Below, piece after piece: positions 8,370 through 20,300 of a stretch of DNA of 64,000 nt. The stretch spans positions 1 to 64,000 of the forward strand of contig JBNKOC010000022.1 of the NCBI GenBank assembly GCA_050294405.1. The letters run 5' to 3'. Every line of letters starts with the position of its first letter. Position 1 is the first letter of the stretch. A model generated the notes under the pieces. That model searched no databases. It was given only the letters and a program-made list of their open reading frames with translations, and was not told where the DNA came from. This DNA comes from Fibrobacteria bacterium (GTDB taxonomy: Bacteria > Fibrobacterota > Fibrobacteria > UBA11236 > JADFYW01). Made by a program: the position numbers and the translations under genes.

Positions 8370-10403
8370 ATGATGAGGCTGAATCATCTTTTAATTTGGA
8401 TGCTAATTGCATTGGGAGGGAACCAGCTCTGGGCCCAAAGTTATAGCGAATTGTGTCAAAAAGCCGCCAGCCTGGAAGAAAAAGACAAGTTAACTCAGGC
8501 CATTGCCCAATATAAAAAAGCCTTAAAAATAAAGCCTGAAGGCCGGGAAGCGCTAAGCGGCCTGGCCATGAGCTATCGGGGCATGTTATATAAAAACCCT
8601 CGAAACAAAAAATCCCAGACCCAGTATTTAAACACCGTTGAAAAACTAAAGGACAGTTTGGAACTGGAAAAGGCCCTGGATTTTGTCACGCGCAAAGATC
8701 CAAAATCTCACTACGCCCATTTTTGGCAGGGACAAATTTTATTGAATAAAGGCGATAGCGCTCAGGCTTACAAATCGCTGCAAAAAGCGTATAGGCTCCA
8801 GCCCAAAAACAAACAATACCGGGATATGTTTCTGGCATCTATTTCGGGAGACAAACAAATTTTGAATAATTTTAAACTTCTCACCAAGGTTTACAGTTAT
8901 AAAAAAACTATTGTTCCCGTTAAACTCAAATATTTACGGGGCTGTGTTTTAAAAAAGCGCTGGACCTACGCGGAAAAAGAATACACCAAGCTCTACAAAA
9001 AAAACAAAAAGCTGCTCTTTGGAAATCGCGATGCCATTGACATGTTCTTTTACAAAAAGAACTACCATTTGGCCTTAAATTACTCCAAAATGTTTTTGTT
9101 GGAAAACCCCAATGACCTTGAGGTGAGAGACATACTTATCCAATGTTTTCAGAAAAAAAAGGCTGGACCCAAAGTGATGCACCGGGAAATCAGCAAGTAC
9201 CTGGAACGGGATCCCCAAAGCAAAAAATGGTGGCTGGAGTTAGCAAAACTGGATTTAAAATTAGGGAACAAGGAAAAAGCCCTGGACCATGCCAAAATCT
9301 GGCTAGAGAGAAATCCCGATTCCAAACAAGGCTATCAATTTGTGTTTCCTTTGGTTAAAAACGACCCTACTCAAATTGAATACTACCGGGATGTATTGGC
9401 AAAGCTCATTGAAATGGACCAAAAGAACAAAAACCAATACCAAATGGAGCTGGGGTTTTTGGAGTATGAACTGGGCCGCTTTGGCGAGGCCAAAATGTGG
9501 CTGAGTCTGACGGCCCATAAACATCCCGACAACAAAGAACTTTGGTATAAACTTGGCGTTTCTCAGAAAAAGTTTAATCAGGATTTTGAAGCCAGGCAAT
9601 CTTTTGAAAAGGCTTTTGCGCTGGATCCCCAATGTATAGAATGCGCCCGTGAGTTGGTTAGCTTAATGGCAAGCCAGGAGGAAATTAAACAAAATCTCCC
9701 GCTGTTAGAAATGCTGCAAAGCCAGAACCCCGACATGAACCAGACTTTAAAATACGCCAAATCCCTTTGGCTGAATGGAAAGGTTTCCATGGCGGGAATT
9801 ATCTGGAAAAAGCTGGCCAGCCAGGACGCCCAATTTTTAGACCTTCACCCAGAGGCCATGTTAAGCATGATTGAAGCGGGTTTTATAAAAGAGTGTTTGC
9901 CCCATTATCCCAAATTCAAGGATGATGCCAAAGTCAATTTTGCCCTGGCGAAAAAACTCGAATCCCGGGGAAAGATAAAAGAAGCCATACCCTACTATGT
10001 AACCGCCTATAAACTCGACCGCCAGAACCTGGATTTGATTTTAAGTTTAGCCCGGCTTTATGCCAAAACAAGGGATTACACAAAAGCGCTCGATGGATTT
10101 GTAAGAGCTCTGGATATTGAACCCACAAATCTTAACATCCAGGCAGAAGCGGTATCTGTAGCTGAGGAAAGCCAAAACCGTTTTTATGTGAAATCCATGT
10201 ACGAGGCAATTTTGAAAAAAGACAGCCAATCCCACTTGGCTTACTACGGCATGGGGAAAATTTTTCTGGAAGAGAAAAACGCGGAACAAGCTATTGTTTA
10301 TTTAAATCAGGCGGTAGACCTGGCTCCGGATATTTCTGTGTACCGGGATTTACTGGAAGACGCCAGATTGGCGGCAGGTGATTTTGCCAACAGCGAAAAT
10401 TAG
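8370..10403 (+). CDS. secreted tetratricopeptide-repeat protein
   Basis: Multiple TPR signatures (A...YKKALKIKP, WYKLG..., A..SFEKAFALDP). The signal peptide follows the ATG at 8370 (the ORF track starts at 8289). Confidence 0.85.
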   Translation: MMRLNHLLIWMLIALGGNQLWAQSYSELCQKAASLEEKDKLTQAIAQYKKALKIKPEGREALSGLAMSYRGMLYKNPRNKKSQTQYLNTVEKLKDSLELEKALDFVTRKDPKSHYAHFWQGQILLNKGDSAQAYKSLQKAYRLQPKNKQYRDMFLASISGDKQILNNFKLLTKVYSYKKTIVPVKLKYLRGCVLKKRWTYAEKEYTKLYKKNKKLLFGNRDAIDMFFYKKNYHLALNYSKMFLLENPNDLEVRDILIQCFQKKKAGPKVMHREISKYLERDPQSKKWWLELAKLDLKLGNKEKALDHAKIWLERNPDSKQGYQFVFPLVKNDPTQIEYYRDVLAKLIEMDQKNKNQYQMELGFLEYELGRFGEAKMWLSLTAHKHPDNKELWYKLGVSQKKFNQDFEARQSFEKAFALDPQCIECARELVSLMASQEEIKQNLPLLEMLQSQNPDMNQTLKYAKSLWLNGKVSMAGIIWKKLASQDAQFLDLHPEAMLSMIEAGFIKECLPHYPKFKDDAKVNFALAKKLESRGKIKEAIPYYVTAYKLDRQNLDLILSLARLYAKTRDYTKALDGFVRALDIEPTNLNIQAEAVSVAEESQNRFYVKSMYEAILKKDSQSHLAYYGMGKIFLEEKNAEQAIVYLNQAVDLAPDISVYRDLLEDARLAAGDFANSEN

Positions 10404-10729
10404 CGGCCCGTAATTAGCTTGCGAAGTTCGTCCCAGTTGTCATCAAAACGAAGCCCCTTATCATCTATATAAATATCCGCGTATATTTTACGGGTTCCTA
10501 AATCGGATCCTGGAATGGGCGTATTTATGGTGTCGAAGGGGATATTGTTTTTTAAGAGAAATTGGCGGACCTCTCTTTCCTCCTCCCCGTGACGGCAGGT
10601 CCAGATAAAAATTTGATGGCCGGCTTTTTTAAAGGCTTTTAGAGCTTCTTTGGCTCCGGGCTTAATGGGACCAATCTCTGGATATTCGTGCTGAACAATG
10701 GTTCCGTCAAAATCTACGCCTATTATCAT
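10400..10729 (-). CDS. small HAD-superfamily phosphatase-like protein (BT0820-like)
   Basis: DFDGT motif I, WTCR motif II, RK.YAD.YIDD motifs III/IV. Confidence 0.85.
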   Translation of the reverse strand: MIIGVDFDGTIVQHEYPEIGPIKPGAKEALKAFKKAGHQIFIWTCRHGEEEREVRQFLLKNNIPFDTINTPIPGSDLGTRKIYADIYIDDKGLRFDDNWDELRKLITGR

Positions 10730-10879
10730 GATTTGGATTGTTCCCTTTCGGCTTTAAAGCTCCGCTACGGATGGTTTTAAATCCATTATGGTTCATTTTC
10801 CCAAAATTTTCAAATCTTCTCAAAGAATCTAGGAAGTTTTGAGCTTTTAGAGAATAATTATTGAAATTTCAATCGAAAT

Positions 10880-10922
10880 TTGCAAAAAAGCTTTATATCT
10901 TTATATCTTGATATATTGATAA
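10880..10922 (+). promoter_or_regulatory. metK-ahcY promoter with an overlapping SahR-like operator
   Basis: TTGCAA-N18-TATCTT; palindrome TATATC-N10-GATATA (10894-10915); tandem 8-mers CTTTATAT CTTTATAT CTTGATAT ATTGATAA. Confidence 0.5.
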
Positions 10923-10967
10923 ATCTCAAAAAGGATGAGATAATTTAATTCAAAAAAGAGGAGTTCT

Positions 10968-12137
10968 ATGCAATTATTTACCTCAGAAGCTGTTTCCATG
11001 GGCCACCCCGATAAAATGGCCGATCAAATTTCTGACTCTATATTAGATGCTATGTTAGCGCAGGATCCCAACAGTCGGGTGGCCTGCGAAACTATGATCA
11101 CCACAGGTATGGTGGTTATCGCCGGTGAAATTACCACGAAAGCACAAGTTGATTTTCAATCTGTAGTTAGAGAAACCGTCCGCAGCATTGGTTATACGGA
11201 TTCTGCCATGGGTTTTGATTGCGATACATGCTCTGTATTGGTGGCATTGGATAAACAATCCCCCGACATTTCTCAAGGCGTTACAGCCGGTCAGGGCCTG
11301 CATAAAGAACAAGGTGCTGGCGATCAGGGCATGATGTTTGGATATGCCTGTGATGAAACACCAGTGTTGATGCCTCTTCCCATTTACCTGTCACAAAAAC
11401 TTATTGAAGGCATCACTGATTTAAGACAGAAAAAAACTTTAAAGTACCTGCGTCCCGATGCCAAATCACAAGTTACTGTGGAGTACGATGAAGAAGGCAA
11501 ACCTGTTCGTGTGGATACCGTTGTAGTTTCCACCCAGCACGATGAAAAAGTAACTCACAAACAACTTTCCAAAGACATTATTGAAAAACTGATTAAAAAA
11601 GTTATTCCCAAAAAATTGCTGGATAAAAAGACCCGCTTTCTGGTGAACCCCACTGGAAGATTTGTAATTGGCGGACCCATGGGCGATTGCGGCTTAACTG
11701 GCAGAAAAATTATTGTGGATACATATGGTGGCACGGGCCGCCATGGCGGAGGCGCTTTCTCCGGAAAAGATCCTTCTAAAGTAGACAGAAGCGCGGCCTA
11801 TGCGGCTCGTTGGGTGGCAAAAAATATTGTAAAAGCCAAACTGGCTTCCCGTTGCGAAGTGCAATTGGCCTACGCCATCGGTTACCCCAAACCTGTTAGT
11901 GTTCGGGTTGATACCTTTGGCACCGGAGCGTTGGCCGATGATGTTATTGGAAACCTGGTCAACCAGCATTTTGATTTGACTCCTTATGGTATCATTAAGG
12001 GGTTAAAGCTCAAGAGACCTGTTTATCGCCAAACATCCTACCACGGCCATTTCGGACGCACTGGCGCGGGATTCACCTGGGAGAAAACAGATAAAGCAGA
12101 AGCACTAAAAAAAGCAGCCAAGAAATATTTGAAATAG
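10968..12137 (+). CDS. metK: S-adenosylmethionine synthetase
   Basis: FTSE.V..GHPDK, GAGDQG and [16 protein letters not shown] signatures. Confidence 0.99.
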   Translation: MQLFTSEAVSMGHPDKMADQISDSILDAMLAQDPNSRVACETMITTGMVVIAGEITTKAQVDFQSVVRETVRSIGYTDSAMGFDCDTCSVLVALDKQSPDISQGVTAGQGLHKEQGAGDQGMMFGYACDETPVLMPLPIYLSQKLIEGITDLRQKKTLKYLRPDAKSQVTVEYDEEGKPVRVDTVVVSTQHDEKVTHKQLSKDIIEKLIKKVIPKKLLDKKTRFLVNPTGRFVIGGPMGDCGLTGRKIIVDTYGGTGRHGGGAFSGKDPSKVDRSAAYAARWVAKNIVKAKLASRCEVQLAYAIGYPKPVSVRVDTFGTGALADDVIGNLVNQHFDLTPYGIIKGLKLKRPVYRQTSYHGHFGRTGAGFTWEKTDKAEALKKAAKKYLK

Positions 12138-12149
12138 CGGAGGAATAGG

Positions 12150-13607
12150 ATGAACGTAGTAACAGCAAATAAAATCGATTACAAAGTAGCCAACATCCAG
12201 TTGGCCGAATGGGGTCGTAAAGAAATCAATTTGGCCGAAGTGGAAATGCCAGGTTTAATGGCCCTTCGGGAAGAATATAAAGGACAAAAACCCCTGGCTG
12301 GAGCCAAAATTATGGGTTCCCTGCACATGACCATTCAAACTGCGGTTTTAATTGAAACCCTGGTTGAATTGGGAGCCGATGTGCGTTGGGTTTCCTGTAA
12401 CATTTTCTCCACACAAGACCACGCTGCAGCGGCAGTGGTTGTGGGAAAAGACGGCACTCCTGAAAGCCCTGCGGGAACGCCGGTTTTCGCCTGGAAAGGT
12501 GAAACCTTAGAAGAGTATTGGGAATGCACCAGCCATGCTTTGGCCTGGCCCGATGGTTCTGGTCCAAACTTAATATTGGATGATGGGGGCGATGCCACTA
12601 TGATGGTTATTAAAGGGGCTGAGTTTGAAAAAGCCGGAAAAGTTCCCGATTTTAATGCCGATAAAGAATCCGAAGAATGGGGCGTGTTTTTAAATATATT
12701 GCGCCAGGAATTTGTGAGTAATCCAGGTCGCTGGACCAAAACCAGAGAAGCCATTAAAGGTGTATCTGAAGAAACCACTACAGGAGTTCACCGCTTGTAT
12801 CAATTGGCCGAATCCGGCGCTTTGCCCTTCCCTGCTATTAATGTGAATGATTCCGTAACCAAATCCAAGTTTGATAACCTCTATGGATGCCGCCATTCCT
12901 TAACCGATGGCATTATGCGCGCCTCTGATGTTATGTTAGCTGGAAAAGTGGCTGTGGTTTGCGGCTATGGCGATGTGGGTAAAGGATGCGCTCAGTCCTT
13001 AAAAGGACAGGGAGCCAGAGTAATTATTACAGAAATTGACCCCATATGCGCCTTGCAGGCCGCCATGGAAGGTTATGAAGTGAAACCTGTGGAAGAATGT
13101 TTGGATTACGGCGATATCTTTGTTACCACAACGGGCAACAAAGATATCATCACCGCCGAGCATATGAGCAAAATGAAAGACAAAGCCATTGTGGGTAACA
13201 TCGGGCATTTTGATAATGAAATCGACATGGCCGGGTTAAAAAAGATTTCCGGCATTAAGGTTAATAACATCAAACCCCAATACGATGAATGGATTTTCCC
13301 GGATGGCCACAGCGTGCTTATTCTAGCGGAAGGTCGTTTGTTAAATTTGGGTTGCGCCACCGGGCACCCCAGTTTTGTGATGTCCGCCTCCTTCACCAAT
13401 CAGGTGCTGGCTCAGATTGAACTCCACAAAAACAACAGCGGTTACAAAAACCAGGTTTATGTATTGCCTAAAAAGCTCGATGAGAAAGTAGCTCGTTTAC
13501 ATCTGGAAAAATTGGGAGTAAAACTCACTGTTCTTTCCAAAGAGCAATCGGATTATTTAGGCGTACCTGTGGAAGGCCCATACAAGCCCGACCACTATCG
13601 CTATTAA
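12150..13607 (+). CDS. ahcY: adenosylhomocysteinase (long form with insertion)
   Basis: [49 protein letters not shown] and a C-terminal HYRY. Confidence 0.99.
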   Translation: MNVVTANKIDYKVANIQLAEWGRKEINLAEVEMPGLMALREEYKGQKPLAGAKIMGSLHMTIQTAVLIETLVELGADVRWVSCNIFSTQDHAAAAVVVGKDGTPESPAGTPVFAWKGETLEEYWECTSHALAWPDGSGPNLILDDGGDATMMVIKGAEFEKAGKVPDFNADKESEEWGVFLNILRQEFVSNPGRWTKTREAIKGVSEETTTGVHRLYQLAESGALPFPAINVNDSVTKSKFDNLYGCRHSLTDGIMRASDVMLAGKVAVVCGYGDVGKGCAQSLKGQGARVIITEIDPICALQAAMEGYEVKPVEECLDYGDIFVTTTGNKDIITAEHMSKMKDKAIVGNIGHFDNEIDMAGLKKISGIKVNNIKPQYDEWIFPDGHSVLILAEGRLLNLGCATGHPSFVMSASFTNQVLAQIELHKNNSGYKNQVYVLPKKLDEKVARLHLEKLGVKLTVLSKEQSDYLGVPVEGPYKPDHYRY

Positions 13608-13626
13608 ACTAATTCGAAGCAATTTT

Positions 13627-13658
13627 AAAAGGCGGGATTCAGGTCCCGCCTTTTTTTT
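13627..13658. terminator. bidirectional intrinsic terminator after ahcY
   Basis: AAAAGGCGGGA-loop-TCCCGCC followed by T8, between convergent genes. Confidence 0.9.
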
Positions 13659-13661
13659 GTT

Positions 13662-14306
13662 TTAAAATTTGAATCCAAAATTAAGACCCGGCGCAAAAAG
13701 GTAATTGGGGTAATCTTCTTCTAGTTCTAAAAAGCTCTTCGGTATATTAATATTTAAAGGCCAATAGTTAAACTCCAGTGAGGGCTCCAGAAAAAAGTAG
13801 TTTTCAAATAATTCAAAGGAAAAGTGGTATCCGGGCCTAAGTTGAATCCAGGGTTGAAAACCGTAGGTAATTACATTGCCCCTTGAGTTGCGATATTGGG
13901 TAATCATTGGAGTCAGGTGGCTGGTAAAATAGGCGCCTTTCCATATAAACCGCTGGTAAGCCAGACTAAACCCAAAAGAAAAAACCGAACCAGGAAATTT
14001 AGGCCCATTTAGCTCAGTATTTCCCATAGGAGCATCGTAATGCCAAAAAACGAGCTCGGTAATAAGCACATCTTTTTTACTAATGTGACATCCAAAGTCC
14101 AGTTGCCCATAATAAACAGGCGGACTGGGAAAAAGATTTATCAAAATTCCAGCTGAGCTGCCTATGAAATATTTTTTTCCATTAGATTCAGAAGACGCAG
14201 AATTTGAGTGACTTTTGGGGTTTGAGCTGGCCAAGGACAATTGAGCCAAACAGGCCAAAAAAATCAAAACTCTGCCGACAAACAGTTTCCTATTTCTTTT
14301 TTTCAT
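13662..14306 (-). CDS. small outer-membrane beta-barrel protein
   Basis: Signal peptide, alternating aromatic strands and a C-terminal GLNFGFKF. Confidence 0.7.
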   Translation of the reverse strand: MKKRNRKLFVGRVLIFLACLAQLSLASSNPKSHSNSASSESNGKKYFIGSSAGILINLFPSPPVYYGQLDFGCHISKKDVLITELVFWHYDAPMGNTELNGPKFPGSVFSFGFSLAYQRFIWKGAYFTSHLTPMITQYRNSRGNVITYGFQPWIQLRPGYHFSFELFENYFFLEPSLEFNYWPLNINIPKSFLELEEDYPNYLFAPGLNFGFKF

Positions 14307-14394
14307 ATCCTGCTACTTTTTTTAAAGATTTAGCCAGACCCTTTTAAAAATAGCAATTTTAGGAGACATTCCCAGCTAAACGCAACCCTGAAAA

Positions 14395-17300
14395 TTGGCT
14401 ACTAATTTAAGGGGAATAGGGGGAATTTTGTCTTTAAAAACCGCTGCTTTTTTAAAAAAAATAAAAGGTTTAACCGGCCTGGTTTGCCTGCTTAGTGGAA
14501 TATCTTTATTGCACAGTCAACCCGAACCCCTACCCTACGGGTTAATTGCCAATCCACTTCCAGATACTTTAGACCAGCTTGTTAGGGATTCCTTAAACAT
14601 TAACATTGGCAACGTAAGAGTTAACCAGGCCGGATACCGCCCCCAGGATAATAAATGGATATATTATGTTGGTAATGCTACCAGTTTTACGGTAATTAAT
14701 GAACAAGGCGTTTCGGTGGGTCAGGGCAGCCTTAGCTCCCTGGGAGAAACAGTTTCCAGTTCCCTTTCCATCCGCGGCTCTAATAACGCCACCCGTGAAC
14801 ACAATGGCGATGAACGTTATACTTTAGCCAGCCCCGTTTTTTCCGGAACGCTTCACGAAGGCAAACTTCCCGATGGTTTGGCAGAAGGAACTTACCGGGT
14901 AGTAGTGAATGCGGATACATCGCAACCTTTTGCTATACATCCTAAAATATACGGAATGTTAAAGGATGCTCTTTTAAAATTTTATGGAATTCAAAGGTCT
15001 GGAGATAGTGAATCTTGGTTTCACCCTCCAAGCCATTTGCAAGATGGCCTTCCCGGTGGCTGGTACGATTGCGGAGATCATTTAAAAGAGGGAATCACCC
15101 AAAGTTATGCGGCTGCCATGCTTGGCCTGGCTGCTGCCGTTTACCCCAACCGGGACACGGACCATTACCGGGCTAACCACTCCCAAACTGTTTCTCCCGA
15201 CGGCATTCCCGACATATTATACGAATTGAGGCATATCACCCAATATGTGTTAACCAGCTATGATTTGGCTTCTGGAAATATCGCCCAAATGATTACATCC
15301 GTAGGTGATATGCAAGATCATATGTGGTGGGGTTCGCCCGAATACCAGGAAGCCCAGACACCCGAAAGAGGAGGGCCTCCCCGCCCCTTGCGCCAGGAGA
15401 ACTCCAGCCCTCAATTTGCCAGATTCGCGGCAGCCTTAGCCTCATTTTCAGTGGGTTACCGTCTTTACGACTCACAAATGGCCGATAAAGCCATCCAGGT
15501 TGCCAGGGAACTTTATGCCCATGCCGCAGCTATTTATGTGTCTGTCAACAGTCCTGCCTATTCTGGAGATAACACCATATACGATGATATGGCCTTAGCA
15601 GCTGTAATGCTGGCCTGGGCCACAAAAGAAACGCAATTTATTCAGGATGCTTTATATGATGTAAGCATTGGCCAAACTGCTGCTCCAACACTTGCCAGTT
15701 TTCCCAAAGGACTTTTTGCAGCAGGCTGGTTTGCCAAGGAAAATGGCTCCCTATTTCATGGCGGAGGCAACAATACCTCCTATGGCAGCGTCCAAACCCC
15801 AACTTTGTGGGCGTTATACAAACTTATATTAAGAGATGCGGCCACAGCCCAAAGTTTTGGGATTAATTCCGATGACAGAATAAACCTGATTGAAGATGTG
15901 GTTTACAGTTTAATAAAAAACATTTCAGATATAAGCCAGGGCACTGCTACCATTGATTTACCTGACCCAAGTAACGGCGATGGAAAGGTTGGTTATAATC
16001 CTTTATGGAAAGATATGTTTATTATCCAGGAATGGGTGTGGAACCGGTACCAGGCCGGAAATATGATGGATTTATTTTTTTATTCCGATGTAGCAGCTGA
16101 AATTGAAGGGATGGAACTTCCCAACTCCCCAGCCAGCACAGATTGGAAATCTGCTGAAGTTAAGGAGCTATTAGTTAGGCAAATGGACTATATGTTAGGC
16201 GTCAATCCCTGGGATATAAGTATGGTTTTCGGTGTGGGAGAAAAAAACTTTAACCACCCCCACCATCGGGCGGCCAATCCTGAGGGCAAAAACGTTCCCG
16301 GCGGATTTTACAAATACCGCCCGCCAGTTGGCGCACTCCAGGGAAGCCTTCCTCCAGTTAACCCATCGGCGTACGCGGAATCCTGGGGGGATTATTTCCA
16401 TTCGGAAGTATGTTTAGATGGAACCACAAATTTGTTTTTGCCTACCATTGGCCTTGCAGAAGATGAAAACCTGAGCAGGGCCCCCGAAGTTATTGTTGAA
16501 ATAAAATATGTGGGGTATAATGAAGCCTACCTCCAACTGCGCCAAAATATGTTTGGAACATCCACCCTGTATTACGGCGTTAGCGCGGATATAAACAGCC
16601 TTAGCTCCGTTGTAATTACAAACCCAGGAGTTCGCCACGAAATTCATTTAACTGATTTGCAACCAGGAACGAGCTATTATTTTTATGTGGTTTCCACAAA
16701 TAGCCGCAGTGGTGAGCAAACCCAGGAAGACAATAATGGGGAACTTTATAATTTTACCACGCTTTTAACCCCTCCGGATTCCGCTGATATCCAAAATGTA
16801 ACTGTCTGCAACATCACCCATAATTCCGCAGAAATTGTCTGGTATACCCCAAACGGACACTACGATTCCAAAGTCAAATGGGATCTTAACCAAACTCCCT
16901 ATGTGATTATGCAAAATCAAAAATTGGGGGATGACTCTGGTATCCCCACTAAGTTCCACAAAGTAACCATAGAGGGGCTGCAAGAGCAAACCACTTATTA
17001 TTACGGAGTAGAATCAGCCGGGAAAATTGTCACCACCGATGCCAATGGCCAGCCCCTAAAATTCACAACTCCTGTGGAACATGTGAATTTTGACTTGCGA
17101 ACGGTAACCTACGGGCCTACTAATAACTTCTTCGGGATTATTATGACCAATCAGGACCCAAAAACATATGACTCGCTGGAACTTCGCATATACATAACAG
17201 GGACCGAAGAGGAAATGCGAATCGACAAGGACCCCAACAGCCCTGTGGATCCTCCTCTGGATGTTTATGAGTTGATGGCACGCCTTGATATTGGTATCAA

Positions 17301-20300
17301 GTATAATCCCGCCGGGTTTCAGGATGAACATTTTAAAGGAATTGTCGAAGAGGCCCTAAAAACATCGGGACTCATTAAAATTGAGGACTCCTACAACCCC
17401 GCCACGGGAGAATGGGATTGGTATTTCCCCATTTCCCTGGGCAGTGCCGAAATGGAAAGCGGAAGCCGATTCAGGTTGGATTTAACCTGGGTAAAGCGCT
17501 CCCCGTTTTTCCCTTACGAAGACTATTACATAGAAGACCCCAAACATATACCAGGAGTGGATGAAGGGGACTGGAGTTTTCGTCCTCATTCCAGGGCAGC
17601 TGGGGACCCGGCGGATTTCGGTGGAGTTAAAAAAGGTTCCAAGGACGAAGATTTGGATGGGAATTTCTGGAATCTGGAAATAAACAGATACATATCCGTT
17701 TACCGCAAAGGGGAGTTTGTATGGGGATACTCCCCATCGGCCAAAGAGCAAAGTACAAAAAGGGCCCATTATGAAATTAACATGGAGCTTTACGCCCCCT
17801 TTGACGTGCCCAATGGCTCCCATATTGATCTGGCTGGCCCTAGCGATTTTGTCTATGTAAGCGGTTGGGCCCATATTACAGAGGCTGGTTATGTTACCGA
17901 TATTTGGGCCAATGGGAATCGGGTCCCTGTTACCGAACAAACGGCAAAATACGATTTGGCCACAGACAGATGGTTGTTAAATATCCCTGTGTCTTTAGCC
18001 ACAGGGGGCAATAATGTGGATGTCACCATTTTTGCCGGACCCGACCCGGAATGTGCAGTCTGTAAACAAAACGGTGGCTGCGCATTTGTGAACCGTTCTT
18101 TCTTTCTGGAATACAGTATTGCCGGTAGATATTTAAGCCAGATAAAGCTATTGCAAAATGGGAGTAATGTAGCGGCCCCATTTGAAACCTCCGCCGGACA
18201 ACAATACAGCCTGGAGCTTAAAGACAGTGTTTCCGCAGAAACAAATACGGCCCAGGTTGATGTTTATTCCTCCACAAGAGGTTTGTTAGGCACATTGTCT
18301 TTAACCAAATCGGCAGAGCAAACTTTCCAAAGTTCCGATTTCACTATATCCGATAATATAAATGCAAATAACTCTACCCAGTTCTATATGGAAGACGGGG
18401 ATAGCCTATGGTTTATTTATGTGGATCCAACAGATCCTGGAGATAGTTCCCGAGCCTTTTTACAAATACCCGCCAATTTTCCCCAGGCGCAGTACGGCTA
18501 CCTTCAGGATATAAACGAAGATGGATTAATAGAAACCATCCAAATATTTTATGATAGGGATATAAGCATTCCCATCGACAGCATAAACCTTCCAGCCAGC
18601 CGGGTCCTAAAGCCGGGCAATGGAGACATTTTTAGCAGCTCTGCAAATGTTCTCAGTATAACCCTGGCCACTGCCATGGGGGCTCCTTCATCGGCAGCCG
18701 GAGAGAGTTATTTGACCCTCGCTGATAAAATCAAAAAATCCAATTTTAATTTTGCACCTATTATTAAATCCGCGCGTATAGGCCTTAACATCGACCCTTC
18801 CATGGGGGATACTTTGGAAGTGGCTATCCTGGGCGATTTGGGTCTAGTGAGCTTGCCTCAATTCTTGTTCCGAAACCAAAATGGAGATATAAATACAGTT
18901 GCCGCCAATTTGTTAACCAGCAACTCAAACTATATATACTTACTTCTTCCTCCCGGAATAGCTGCTAACATTGAAGCGGGAGATTGGATTAAAATCTCCG
19001 GTGGAATCAGCAACAGCGGTGGGCTTGCCACAGAGGCGAACAATCCATGGGCAAAGGTATCCGGAATACCCAGAATTCCTTTAGCGAAACTGGACAGCGG
19101 TTATTACGCAGATGCGGATGGAAACGGCCAAATTGATAGGATGGTCTTTTATTTTGATTCGCCCATAGATGTTTCCCGGCTCGATTTATTAATTAATTGG
19201 GAAAGCGAAGGCATTCGATTCAACATAAATCGGTTCACTTATATAGACAGCAGCACTTTGGAGGCGGATTTACAACAGGTTGATAATGTAACTTTGCCTT
19301 TTTCCACCGGGGGAAGTATTACGGCAGAAGATAGTTATGGACAGATTGAGTTAATGGACAGAGCTGGAATAAGCCTTTTATCGGCGATATTAACATCTCC
19401 ATCAGAAAAAATGTTTATCCGGGAAGGAGATGTTAATGAATCTATTCAATTTTTACCGGACACTCTTTATTTAAATTTATCTGAGGCTATTGATATATCC
19501 AGCCTGACAACCTTAAGCTTATGGCAGGGATTTTTTCTTTTCCAGGAGGGTTGCCTCAGCGAAAATCCGGATATCCCATTAGCGCTGTCCAATATTCCCA
19601 GAGTCAGCCCTAAAAATCCAAAAGTTATTAAAGTTCCCGTTGTGGAAGGAGAAAACGGCAGCAAAATAAAATCAGGAGACTGCGTAGGCCTTTTTCCCAA
19701 TGCTTCCATCAAAGATTTTGCGGAAAATGCCAACAGCCCTCACAAAGTCGGGGTCACAGGCGGCAGTTCTGTCACTGCTAATTTTGATTCTAAAATTGTT
19801 GTGAACATTTTAGATGGCAACATCAATACCTCAAATGGTTATTCCCTGCCGGGAAAAAGTTCTGTTCCGGTATTAAACGACAGCAATCAGGTTGTGGGCC
19901 ATAAAAGTTTTGGCCAGCTCAATTATTGGTTTTCTCCCATAGGCATGGATGTATATGGAAATGTTCCTTCACAAAAAGAAAATGGCTGTTTAGCTTCCGG
20001 GAAAATTCAAGCTAAAGAGCCTTTTAACCCTCAATGTTATTCAACCATTGCTATTTTATCCGAAGGCGCCTACTCCGCGGAAATGGTTATTTATGATCAT
20101 TTGGGAAAATGGATTCGGCAAGACAGGCAGGATTTTGGATTTTGCGGAGAGTTATTAAATGAAGAACGAAAAGATTTTGGCCGTCCTCTAAGTTTTTTAG
20201 TGTGGAATCAAAAAGATGAAGAGGGGCATCTGGTGGGAAGTGGCGTTTATCTAATAAAAGTTAAATACACTTTCCCCAACGGAAACCAGCTCACCGAAGT

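Noticed and set aside
10730..10967. SAM riboswitch upstream of metK
   Set aside because: No SAM-I or SAM-II core motifs are visible, and the predicted promoter leaves a leader of only about 50 nt.
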